Part shown: positions 39,474 to 49,654 of the stretch, one piece after another
How positions within the stretch are numbered: the first letter of the stretch is position 1
How the letters are laid out: every line of letters starts with the position of its first letter
DNA from: Laetmonice hystrix
Taxonomy: Eukaryota
DNA: 64,000 bases
NCBI GenBank assembly: GCA_965235115.1
Contig: OZ249446.1
Coordinates: 7,626,001 to 7,690,000, forward strand
Direction: 5' to 3'
Made by a program: the position numbers and the translations under genes
Notes under the pieces: model-generated
Seen by the model: the letters and a program-made list of their open reading frames with translations, nothing else
Told to the model about the DNA's origin: nothing
The model's database searches: none

Positions 39474-40779
39474 CATGTGGTATGAAACTTGTCACGGAAT
39501 ACCACTTTCTGTGAGACAGTTTCTTCATCAATACCTGAATGATTACTATGATTACGGTATTTCTGGTACTAATAAGGGATTGCTTAATCCAAACAGTACC
39601 CCCGGGCATAAAATAATGAATGTCGTTCTGATTCAGTAGGAAGTAATTTTTTTGTTTGTCTGATTACCTGAACCGAGAGTTGGTCCTATACATGTACCTC
39701 AGTACATGATGATAAAGGAAGGATTCCGGGAACTTCCCACAGACTTTACATGTTACAGTTTGTTCTGTGTCTGTCAATGGATGTTTTTACTCACACTCTG
39801 TGAGACTCTCAAATGTCGGGACATGTTGGGTAAGCTTGTCAGGCCATCTATTGTGCAGTCACTATCATGTTTACTGAGCTGGAGCAGAGACCAACATCAG
39901 TTTTGAATCGATTTCACAAGTCAGCTGTCCTCGACAGCAGCGGTACAAATTGTGAATTATTGAATACTTGCCTATAGAGATGGGTGGTAAAAATGTTATG
40001 TTGATCTTAGGTAGGTGCTATTGATCCCAGGGTGACATCGGTTGAACGATGGTGCCGTGTGCAAATAGGTGTTCTGTGAACACAGTATGAACAGCCCGTG
40101 TCTGTGCGTTCACGATCAGCACTGTTACAATAGGCTGGTTAAATATCAGGGATGTGCGTGTTCACACAACTAGACCAGAGAATGACCTTTTGAAAGTACC
40201 TTACTGATCTACATGCTGACATATTATTCAAGGAGCTCAAATAAAAACTAAACTTTCAGGAGGGATGTGTGGCCTCAAGTAGGGTCCACTTAACGATCGT
40301 GCCAGATTTTCTCCTGTGGAGCTGGCGACACAAGTGCCTTTGTTAGGAATCATACGAGTCCGTTTATAAATAATTTGCGATAAACTTATTTGTTTTTAGT
40401 CTGTAGTCTAGATAATATCTGTTTCAAGGGTTGTGAGTGGTCGACATGTAAGTTGTGACAAGGAAGTACCGACCATAATCACTATATGACCTTCTCATCT
40501 GTAGTCATGGCAGCTACAAGGCAATGGTTGTCTTTGTCACTGTAGACTTGACATCCCCGCTTTCCTCGGATACTACGTTTCTGGAATAAAAGCCCTGCGG
40601 AGGTAAATGTTCTCTAGATTAGATTATCATAAAGTGTTCCAGGAATGAGTTCACAATGAAAGGTGTTGGGCCTTGTCGTCAGGAAGTGGTAATGAGAATA
40701 AGATGATAACGGAAGCGGTTTGTGTTTTCCATACTAATTAATGTAGCTTCAATGTTGGCTGCATGTTGTAAGTTATTAT

Positions 40780-40850
40780 AGCCAGAAGGATTCGATTCTC
40801 TCCCACACAGTCTGGTCGACATTCCGCAGGGAAAAACCAACCTGCCTACA
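40780..40850 (+). mobile_element. Degenerate SINE-like fragment
   Basis: B-box-like GGATTCGATTCTC followed by CCCACACAGTCTGG...GCAGGGAAAAACCAACC. No A box found. Confidence 0.25.
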
Positions 40851-42112
40851 CAACTAATTTGGCATCGTTGACACTCCTGTGTTTCCGAGATACTGTTCTT
40901 GACTAATTTCAAACCGTGCGGTTGTGAAACTAACTTAAGTGCATTAAGAGCTTAACAGGAGGCTTAGTCGACGATATTTTGGCACAGCTTAAAGTTATAA
41001 TTAATGGACGTTTTAGGAGGGCTGTGGTATCTGAAGGGCAAGGATTCTGTACTATTATTGTAAAATATTATAGAGGATCCTGAATGATTTCACTCAGTAA
41101 TAACGTCAAGGTAGTGTTGTCCATTTTAAATCGTCGAAATGAAGCCAGGAGGTACAGTCGCCTGGCTGGCTTTGCGGATGATACGCCTGTGTACGCGTAC
41201 AAGAGGGGAGACACTCCAAACGCGTTATTTTTTCATAGATTTAAATCTTAGATGAAAACGCAGTTGTCATGGCTTCTTCTGATCCAATTTACCGGGGCTT
41301 GGTGGAAAGCCAGATTGAATATCGTTCTACTAAATATTGTGGAATCTGAACAATTGAAGAGGCTCAGGTTAAGAGATGCTACAAATCATCAAGATAGATC
41401 TGATGTTTCTCTATACCGGTACACTGTATAATGGGGAATAATGACATGCTGATAATAGGTCAGACAGCGGGTTCCACAGCGGACTGAGGGAACTGAATGA
41501 AGTATATCCCGAGGTTAAGCAACTAACTTATTGATGTTAATGGTGTGTTTGTTCAGGGCATTGCTCTACTTCGGCCAGATTGTGTGTCATTATAATTAGT
41601 AGCTTCGTGTTTGTTATCTTCATATTCAAAGTATTTACTATATGCAAGTATGATTTACATATTTGATTTCTTTACGTATTTAATTTTTATTTACTTTTTA
41701 CTTTTTATACTGGTGTAAAGTTATACAAATAACAAATAGTAATTTTTCTTAGTTAAATAACTTATTTATTAATTAATTTATTAATTTATTCTTATGTAAG
41801 TCCAAATGTTGCATGAGGTAACAATTAATTTTGTAAATTCTGGTGACGGTAATCTTCCGGCCGACCGTCAGTATCTGAAATTCGTCTTCTCCCAATGTTT
41901 TCTCCCGGGAGACGTCGGTAGTAAGGAGTGATATATTACAGATCCACAGAGGATGCTACCGCCCTGACCCCTGGCGGGGAAGGGGGCTGGCCGATTATCC
42001 GTTTGCCTACCATCTGAGCACACGTCGCGACGTGACGGATCGACTGAGAGCGGGCCTTCTGACACCTGGATAATGATCTACCATAAACATTCCGTGTTCT
42101 TTGAGCTCTTCC

Positions 42113-44059
42113 CAGGTCGTCTGTGCCCAGACCCGGGCAGGGGTGAGGTGGGCAGGTCGTCTGTGCCCAGACCCGGCCAGGGGTGAGGTGGGCAGGTGGT
42201 CTGTGCCCAGACCCGGGCAGGGGTGAGGTGGGCAGGTCGTCTGTGCTCAGACCCGGGCAGGGGTGAGGTGGGCAGGTCGTCTGTGCCCAGACCCGGGCAG
42301 GGGTGAGGTGGGTAGGTCGTCTGTGCCCAGACCCGGGCAGGGGTGAGGTGGGCAGGTCGTCTGTGCCCAGACCCGGGCAGGGGTGAGGTGGGCAGGTCGT
42401 CTGTGCCCAGACCCGGGCAGGGGTGGGGTGGGCAGGTCGTCTGTGCCCAGACCCGGGCAGGGGTGAGGTGGGCAGGTCGTCTGTGCCCAGACCCGGGCAG
42501 GGGTGAGGTGGGCAGGTCGTCTGTGCCCAGACCCGGGCAGGGGTGAGGTGGGCAGGTCGTCTGTGCCCAGACCCGGGCAGGGGTGAGGTGGGCAGGTCAT
42601 CTGTGCCCAGACCCGGGCAGGGGTGGGGTGGGCAGGTCGTCTGTGCCCAGACCCGGGCAGGGGTGAGGTGGGCAGGTCGTCTGTGCTCAGACCCGGGCAG
42701 GGGTGAGGTGGGCAGGTGGTCTGTGCCCAGACCCAGGCAGGTGGTCTGTGCCCAGACCCGGGCAGGGGTGAGGTGGGCAGGTGGTCTGTGCCCAGACCCG
42801 GGCAGGGGTGAGGTGGGCAGGTCGTCTGTGCCCAGACCCAGGCAGGTGGTCTGTGCCCAGACCCGGGCAGGGGTGAGGTGGGCAGGTGGTCTGTGCCCAG
42901 ACCCGGGCAGGGGTGAGGTGGGCAGGTCGTCTGTGCCCAGACCCAGGCAGGTGGTCTGTGCCCAGACCCGGGCAGGGGTGAGGTGGGCAGGTGGTCTGTG
43001 CCCAGACCCGGGCAGGGGTGAGGTGGGCAGGTGGTCTGTGCCCAGACCCGGGCAGGGGTGAGGTGGGCAGGTCGTCTGTGCCCAGACCCGGGCAGGGGTG
43101 AGGTGGGCAGGTCGTCTGTGCCCAGACCCGGGCAGGGGTGAGGTGGGCAGGTCGTCTGTGCCCAGACCCGGCCAGGGGTGAGGTGGGCAGGTGGTCTGTG
43201 CCCAGACCCGGGCAGGGGTGAGGTGGGCAGGTCGTCTGTGCTCAGACCCGGGCAGGGGTGAGGTGGGCAGGTCGTCTGTGCCCAGACCCGGGCAGGGGTG
43301 AGGTGGGTAGGTCGTCTGTGCCCAGACCCGGGCAGGGGTGAGGTGGGCAGGTCGTCTGTGCCCAGACCCGGGCAGGGGTGAGGTGGGCAGGTCGTCTGTG
43401 CCCAGACCCGGGCAGGGGTGGGGTGGGCAGGTCGTCTGTGCCCAGACCCGGGCAGGGGTGAGGTGGGCAGGTCGTCTGTGCCCAGACCCGGGCAGGGGTG
43501 AGGTGGGCAGGTCGTCTGTGCCCAGACCCGGGCAGGGGTGAGGTGGGCAGGTCGTCTGTGCCCAGACCCGGGCAGGGGTGAGGTGGGCAGGTCATCTGTG
43601 CCCAGACCCGGGCAGGGGTGGGGTGGGCAGGTCGTCTGTGCCCAGACCCGGGCAGGGGTGAGGTGGGCAGGTCGTCTGTGCTCAGACCCGGGCAGGGGTG
43701 AGGTGGGCAGGTGGTCTGTGCCCAGACCCAGGCAGGTGGTCTGTGCCCAGACCCGGGCAGGGGTGAGGTGGGCAGGTGGTCTGTGCCCAGACCCGGGCAG
43801 GGGTGAGGTGGGCAGGTCGTCTGTGCCCAGACCCAGGCAGGTGGTCTGTGCCCAGACCCGGGCAGGGGTGAGGTGGGCAGGTGGTCTGTGCCCAGACCCG
43901 GGCAGGGGTGAGGTGGGCAGGTCGTCTGTGCCCAGACCCAGGCAGGTGGTCTGTGCCCAGACCCGGGCAGGGGTGAGGTGGGCAGGTGGTCTGTGCCCAG
44001 ACCCGGGCAGGGGTGAGGTGGGCAGGTCGTCTGTGCCCAGACCCAGGCAGGGGTGAGGT
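42113..44059. repeat. G-rich 40-bp minisatellite (with 25-bp deletion units), about 50 units, 995-bp internal duplication
   Basis: Unit CCCAGACCCGGGCAGGGGTGAGGTGGGCAGGTCGTCTGTG. Diagnostic variants recur at an offset of exactly 995 bp (42171/43166, 42311/43306, 42726/43721). It accounts for all long ORFs at 42-44 kb. Confidence 0.97.
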
Positions 44060-44068
44060 AGAGTCTGG

Positions 44069-44104
44069 ATACGTGGGGATCTGATTGGAGGTCTCCCCAC
44101 GTAT
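44069..44104. other. 11-bp-stem hairpin directly downstream of the 40-bp array
   Basis: ATACGTGGGGA (44069-79) / TCCCCACGTAT (44094-104), with a 14-nt loop. Confidence 0.7.
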
Positions 44105-45039
44105 AACAACCACACACTGGAACTCTCGGAATCCTACTGATGTCGGATCGGAGTTGGTGTTTAACGCCTCAGCAGTAACCGGATTCTCGGAGTAAATTAC
44201 ATACCTGCAGCAATGACCTTACAAGCGCTCCCACATGAGAGACAAAGGGATTTATACCCCAGAGTTGAGAGATCACTGAGACAAATATCTCTAAATTTAT
44301 TAGTACATATTGACAGAAAGTGAAATAACGTGGTCAAACAATGATGAAATGGTATCTGACCTATCATGAGGTACATATGTTCCTGGCTACTTAGACTGCG
44401 AATACTGAATGATTTATGAAAATAGGAAATTGGCTTGGAGGTAGGGCAGTGATATGTCCTGTCAGAAATGCCAATATCAAAAAGAAATGTTTGACAGGCT
44501 GTCGTGGAGTTTGATTCATGGGGTCAATACCAGCAGTTCGTGTGTGCCGAGTGGAGCCCTCATGGCATTCAGGAATTCACAATGTGTAAGGCCGTCATCC
44601 AGGCTTTTCCTTTCGCTGACAAAAACTTGCAGACTCATTTTGTGAGGCTGCTGACTCGGGGCTGACATATGTGGTATTACTTAAGTGTTGGAATACCGGA
44701 AAGAAGGTCTCGCCATCATGGTTGTAAGAGAGTGTTTGAGGTTGCAGCCCTGTGCTGACTGCAGAGGTGAAGGTATGGAAGATACAAAGAACTAGACCAG
44801 TAGGGAAAACCACAGTCATATATTTGTAACCCACATGTAGGATAATACACATAGGAAGTGGTTTCCAATCTCGTCCACTTGGTCCTTAATGTCTGAGTCC
44901 TTATCAATTCAGACATGATAGCAGCGATAGACAATTAACTAGACCTCCAGATTGCCGGCAATCAGGTATCCCGTTCCTCTATGGATGTATCTAGAAAGGC
45001 TCTGTAGGGCATGAAAGAAAGTCAGCCATACCAGTAATG

Positions 45040-45155
45040 AACGTCGGGTACCAACATACCACTAAGCCACCTGTAGTATTAAAGTTGTCATGCGTGGGAT
45101 TTGAACCCAAGGCCCTTGGCATGAAAGTGAAAGTCCTACACTCTACCACTGCGCT
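45040..45155 (-). mobile_element. Two adjacent tRNA-like Pol III modules (SINE-like)
   Basis: Minus strand: GCGCAGTGGTAGAG...GGGTTCAAATCCC (A and B boxes), followed immediately by a second A-box-like GGTGGCTTAGTGGT. Confidence 0.5.
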
Positions 45156-45206
45156 TTTAGAGTCTTGGTGTAAATGAATGGCCATAGCCATAGTAGTAAA
45201 CAACGA

Positions 45207-45354
45207 TCAATCACGTCATACCAGGGTGAAGTCATAGCAGGCTTATAAGGGTTGCCTAGTGGAAGAAAGATATTTACCTAGATTACCAGAAGTCCAAAAT
45301 GTAAAAATAATATAAAATTGTTTTGGGTGGGATTCGAACCCCAGACCTCTGCCA
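45207..45354 (-). mobile_element. Copy 1 of an interspersed repeat with a tRNA T-arm-like head
   Basis: The reverse complement aligns by eye over about 145 bp with 61955-62098 (CAGAGGTCTGGGGTTCGAATCC...GGTAATCTAGGTAAATATCTTTCTTCCACTAGGCAACC...CCCTGGTATGACGTGATTGA). Confidence 0.8.
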
Positions 45355-46191
45355 TTAACAACGAAAACAGATGTTTATAAAACAGATATCAAAATCCATA
45401 AATAATATATTATAGGTCTAAAGTAATTAGATGTGCAAAATAACACCGACAAGTAGGTTGTGATATCAACATTGTGAGATTGTGTCATAGTGTTGTAGGC
45501 GTTAACAGGTAGGTGCAAGTCGTATCGTTCTGTCTGCCAAGTAGCAGCCATAATCTGTTCTAAGCAGAGTTTGGAGGGTTAAGCATAATGAGTACACACT
45601 ACTGATTAGCGCACTGAGTCTCCCCTCCCCCGAAAAAAGAAATGAAGAAAAAACAAGCAAAGAAAAACCGCAGCTTCACTCGGCAACAGTGATGATTCTG
45701 TCTTCCAAGAGGGCCGGTTCCCCTTACTGTCGATCAGTTGACGGCTGCAGGGTGAAAAAAGGTTTGACATCAGGGACCGTCCCGTGGTATTGATTGAGTA
45801 GTCTATCAATTTGTCCCCGAGATAGGCATTCCCATGGACGACATCTTCAGACGGATACTATGGACAAATGCCCCAGACATTATACTTAAAGAATACCTTT
45901 TCTTCCACTTATTTTTTTTAGTGTTGACAGGAGGCGGAAAGCAATTTTATGGAAACAAATACTCATTTACTGGCGCAAGTGTTCAGCGCATGACTCAAAA
46001 TATGAAAGAAACATTTTCTAATTAACTCCAGGCCTGTGTCATTACTTTTTGTATCTGAGCGTCTTCGTGTTCTTGTCTTTAAGCATCGTGATCTGGCAGT
46101 ATTTTACTTTTCTCTTTTGATAACATGCAGTTGTCCGATTTATAAAGGCTGAAGTAGTATTCCTTAGTAACAGTACAGGTGGATAGTCCCT

Positions 46192-47248
46192 GCAGTGGTT
46201 GTCAACTGACAAGGTACATAGTGAGTAATCTTAAGACAGAGGTGTCCTTATGTTGGTATCCTCGGCAGTGGTTGTCAACTGACAAGGTACATAGTGAGTA
46301 ATCTTAAGACAGAGGTGTCCTTATGTTGGTATCCTCGGCAGTGGTTGTCAACTGACAAGGTACATAGTGAGTAATCTTAAGGCAGAGGTGTCCTTATGTT
46401 GGTATCCTCGGCAGTGGTTGTCAACTGACAAGGTACATAGTGAGTAGTCTCAAGACAGAGGTGTCCTTATGTTGGTATCCTCGGCAGTGGTTGTCAACTG
46501 ACAAGGTACATAGTGAGTAGTCTCAAGGCAGAGGTGTCCTTATGTTGGTATCCTCGGCAGTGGTTGTCAACTGACAAGGTACTAGTGAGTAATCTTAAGG
46601 CAGAGGTGTCCTTATGTTGGTATCCTCGGCAGTGGTTGTCAACTGACAAGGTACATAGTGAGTAGTCTCAAGACAGAGGTGTCCTTATGTTGGTGTCCTC
46701 GGCAGTGGTTGTCAACTGACAAGGTACTAGTGAGTAGTCTCAAGGCAGAGGTGTCCTTATGTTGGTATCCTCGGCAGTGATTGTCAACTGACAAGGTACA
46801 TAGTGAGTAGTCTCAAGGCAGAGGTGTCCTTATGTTGGTATCCTCGGCAGTGGTTGTCAACTGACAAGGTACATAGTGAGTAGTCTCAAGACAGAGGTGT
46901 CCTTATGTTGGTATCCTCGGCAGTGGTTGTCAACTGGCAAGGTACATAGTGAGTAGTCTCAAGACAGAGGTGTCCTTATGTTGGTATCCTCGGCAGTGGT
47001 TGTCAACTGACAAGGTACATAGTGAGTAGTCTCAAGGCAGAGGTGTCCTTATGTTGGTATCCTCGGCAGTGGTTGTCAACTGACAAGTTACTAGTGAGTA
47101 GTCTCAAGACAGAGGTGTCCTTATGTTGGTATCCTCGGCAGTGGTTGTCAACTGACAATGTACATAGTGAGTAGTCTCAAGACAGAGGTGTCCTTATGTT
47201 GGTATCCTCGGCAGTGGTTGTCAACTGACATGGTACTATGTTGGTATC
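46192..47248. repeat. 73/72-bp minisatellite, about 14 copies
   Basis: Unit GCAGTGGTTGTCAACTGACAAGGTACATAGTGAGTARTCTYAAGRCAGAGGTGTCCTTATGTTGGTATCCTCG. Period of 73 confirmed (46192, 46265). Confidence 0.96.
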
Positions 47249-47733
47249 GTGGAACTATCCAATAAATCTAAATCCGGCAGTTATAATTTTGCTATTTTTG
47301 CCCAGCCTACAAGGTCTCACCCCTACTGAGGATTAATTTGAAAGAGAAATCTTCGTTGTAGCATTTCCTTGGGGGGGGGGGGGGGGGGAAGTGGTAAGAA
47401 ATCATGCTTACCCCACTTCCTTGTATACATTATCGGGCCGCATGCCAAAATCAACATCTATGTGATCTATTTGGAAAATAGATTACAGGACTTTGAATTA
47501 ATGTTCCAACCATCTTTTTTTCCAATCAAATGTGGTCTCGTTGGAACTGATAGCAAATGGACACTCGGAGGGGTTTCATTTTCATCTCACGTATTGTCAT
47601 GGACTGGTAAGTCGGCCGTTATAGGGGCCGTTTCAATACTCGCCACTACCAGCCAGACCAAGAAAGACGGCCCCCTCAACCAGGCAATAGACTGTCTGTC
47701 TCTAGTGGAGCGGAACGTGGCTGTCAGTGGAAC

Positions 47734-47752
47734 GGCTCCCCAGGTGGCGCCA
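47734..47752 (+). promoter_or_regulatory. CTCF-consensus-like motif
   Basis: GGCTCCCCAGGTGGCGCCA. Motif match only. Confidence 0.3.
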
Positions 47753-47832
47753 TCGGTAGTCGAGACCTCTAGGACGTGAGAAACGGGCAGGCAGAATGCC
47801 GCAATGTTTCGGATCCCACGCTCCTCTCTTAA

Positions 47833-48214
47833 AGGGAGCCGTAAAATTCATTTTGTCGATTTATGGCAGTCTTAGAAACATATGATTCGCATACCTTGGA
47901 CTCCCAATAACATCATGTGAGACTGTTATGGCCCAGCGACCAGTATTTAGAAAGGAAAATATGCCAAATCTCTCGCAAATACGTAGCTCAGAATTAGCGA
48001 GCGGCCCACAGGATATTTGAGTTGGCCGCGGTCGGGCGATGATGACGCGTGATCACGTGACTTCCGGGTGTTGAAGGGAATCTCCCTCTAGTCTAGCGTT
48101 GACTTAAATCGGGTGTACATGCGGTATTTACATGATGTTACTGGGAGTCCAAGGTATGCGAATCATATGTTTCTAAGACTGCTATAAATCAAAAAATGAA
48201 TTTTACGGCTCCCT
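47833..48214. mobile_element. Non-autonomous Kolobok-like MITE, 382 bp, long TIRs
   Basis: TTAA at 47829-32 and 48215-18. TIR of about 85 bp starting AGGGAGCCGTAAAATTCATTTT...CATATGATTCGCATACCTTGGACTCCCA, with few mismatches. CpG-rich centre. Confidence 0.85.
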
Positions 48215-48313
48215 TTAATACCCCCCCAGTCCCCATTCCCACCCACCCACCCACCAAAAAAAAAAATCTGTTGTGACCATGTCTCCTACCCTTATATGAA
48301 TCCAACCAAAGAC

Positions 48314-48495
48314 ACCAGCCGCGGATCCGGGGAGGGGGGTCCTGGCGTTAGAACTCATCCCCCCTTTGGCGTCAATTTTTCTCTTTTTACCATAGAGCTT
48401 TCTGAATTAATTGTGTTGGACCCCCCTTTTTGCCAGCTCCCCCCATGGACCCCCTCCCCCTTTTCCAAATTCCCTGACCCCCCCCCCCCCCCTCC
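48314..48495. mobile_element. Degenerate hAT-like MITE (CAGGGGCGGATCC-type end)
   Basis: CAGCCGCGGATCCGGGGAGGGGG start, GGACCCCCC internal motifs and a poly-C end. Right TIR decayed. Confidence 0.35.
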
Positions 48496-49008
48496 CGACA
48501 CGATGTGTGAGCAACTGAAGACACCATCCATTAATATCTTTATTACAAGATGAAGTAAACATCGACTCTGATGTCCGATGGTAACAATCATCTGTTAATC
48601 CCATACAAGCAGCGTTTCAAGCTGACCTGTGGTTGTCTTGTGGCATTGTCTCATGTCGAGAAACATTAGATGAGGAGTTTGGTATCAGGTGATCTCCATC
48701 CCCACGCGGGGTCCTCTTACTTAAACCTTTCATTGAAGAAGCCGGTTATGAATTATTGTTATAGATGCATTATCAATAATGACGTCCAAAGGGTTCGAGA
48801 TATTATTCACACAAGAGTTCTCAAGTTGCGAAAGGCTTACATTAGAAAGGGGCGGAAACAGAAAACATTACGATTGCTGCCCTGGATCATGATGTTTTAC
48901 TGGGAAATAAGAAACAGAAGATGAACACAAACTAAAAGTTAATTGGTGAATTTAATTTAAAGTTCATGCAATTTTTAACATCTGTTTTTTTTTCAATTTC
49001 AATTTCAG

Positions 49009-49059
49009 GTGAGTGAGATATGTTTCTTAGAAAGCTGACAAATACACAACAAAAGTAAG
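49009..49059 (+). other. Exon-like 51-nt segment beginning with a composite acceptor/donor (candidate recursive-splice exon)
   Basis: tctgtttttttttcaatttcaatttcag|GTGAGT..., with downstream donor aag|gtgagt at 49060. Stop codons in all three frames. An inner acceptor (tttcttag|49031) gives an open 29-nt microexon, KADKYTTKV. Confidence 0.45.
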
Positions 49060-49150
49060 GTGAGTCTTATTACATATTATCATGAAGATCATGTAAAAGA
49101 TGTTTATTGCTACCCAACCCTAAAAAGGGGTTCCATACCCTAAATTTAAA

Positions 49151-49654
49151 ACCTGACCAGGTTCTCACTGAGGATTTCCCCCAGGGAAAGTTGCTCCGGA
49201 GCAGCAGTGAGAACCTGACCAGGTTCTCACTGAGGATTTCCCCCAGGGAAAGTTGCTCCGGAGCAGCAGTGAGAACCTGACCAGGTTCTCACTGAGGATT
49301 TCCCCCAGGGAAAGTTGCTCCGGAGCAGCAGTGAGAACCTGACCAGGTTCTCACTGAGGATTTCCCCCAGGGAAAGTTGCTCCGGAGCAGCAGTGAGAAC
49401 CTGACCAGGTTCTCACTGAGGATTTCACCCAGGGAAAGTTTCTCCGGAGCAGCAGTGAGAACCTGACCAGGTTCTCACTGAGGATTTCACCCGGGGAAAG
49501 TTTCTCCGGAGCAGCAGTGAGAACCTGACCAGGTTTTCACTGAGGATATCCCCCAGGGAAAGTTGCTCCGGAGCAGCAGTGAGAACCTGTTCAGGTTCTC
49601 ACTGAGGATTTCCCCCAGGGAAAGTTGCTCCGGAGCAGCAGTGAGAACCTGACC
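49151..49654. repeat. 62-bp tandem array (8 full copies plus a partial) built of three nested inverted repeats
   Basis: Unit ACCTGACCAGGTTCTCACTGAGGATTTCCCCCAGGGAAAGTTGCTCCGGAGCAGCAGTGAGA, starting at 49151, 49213, 49275, 49337, 49399, 49461, 49523 and 49585. Confidence 0.96.

Noticed and set aside
42247-44117. 622-aa, 291-aa and 172-aa ORFs
   Set aside because: They are translations of a stop-free 40-bp minisatellite. The unit length is not a multiple of 3 and several frames on both strands are open.
49112-49143. Interstitial telomeric repeat
   Set aside because: Only two separated CCCTAA units, too few to call.
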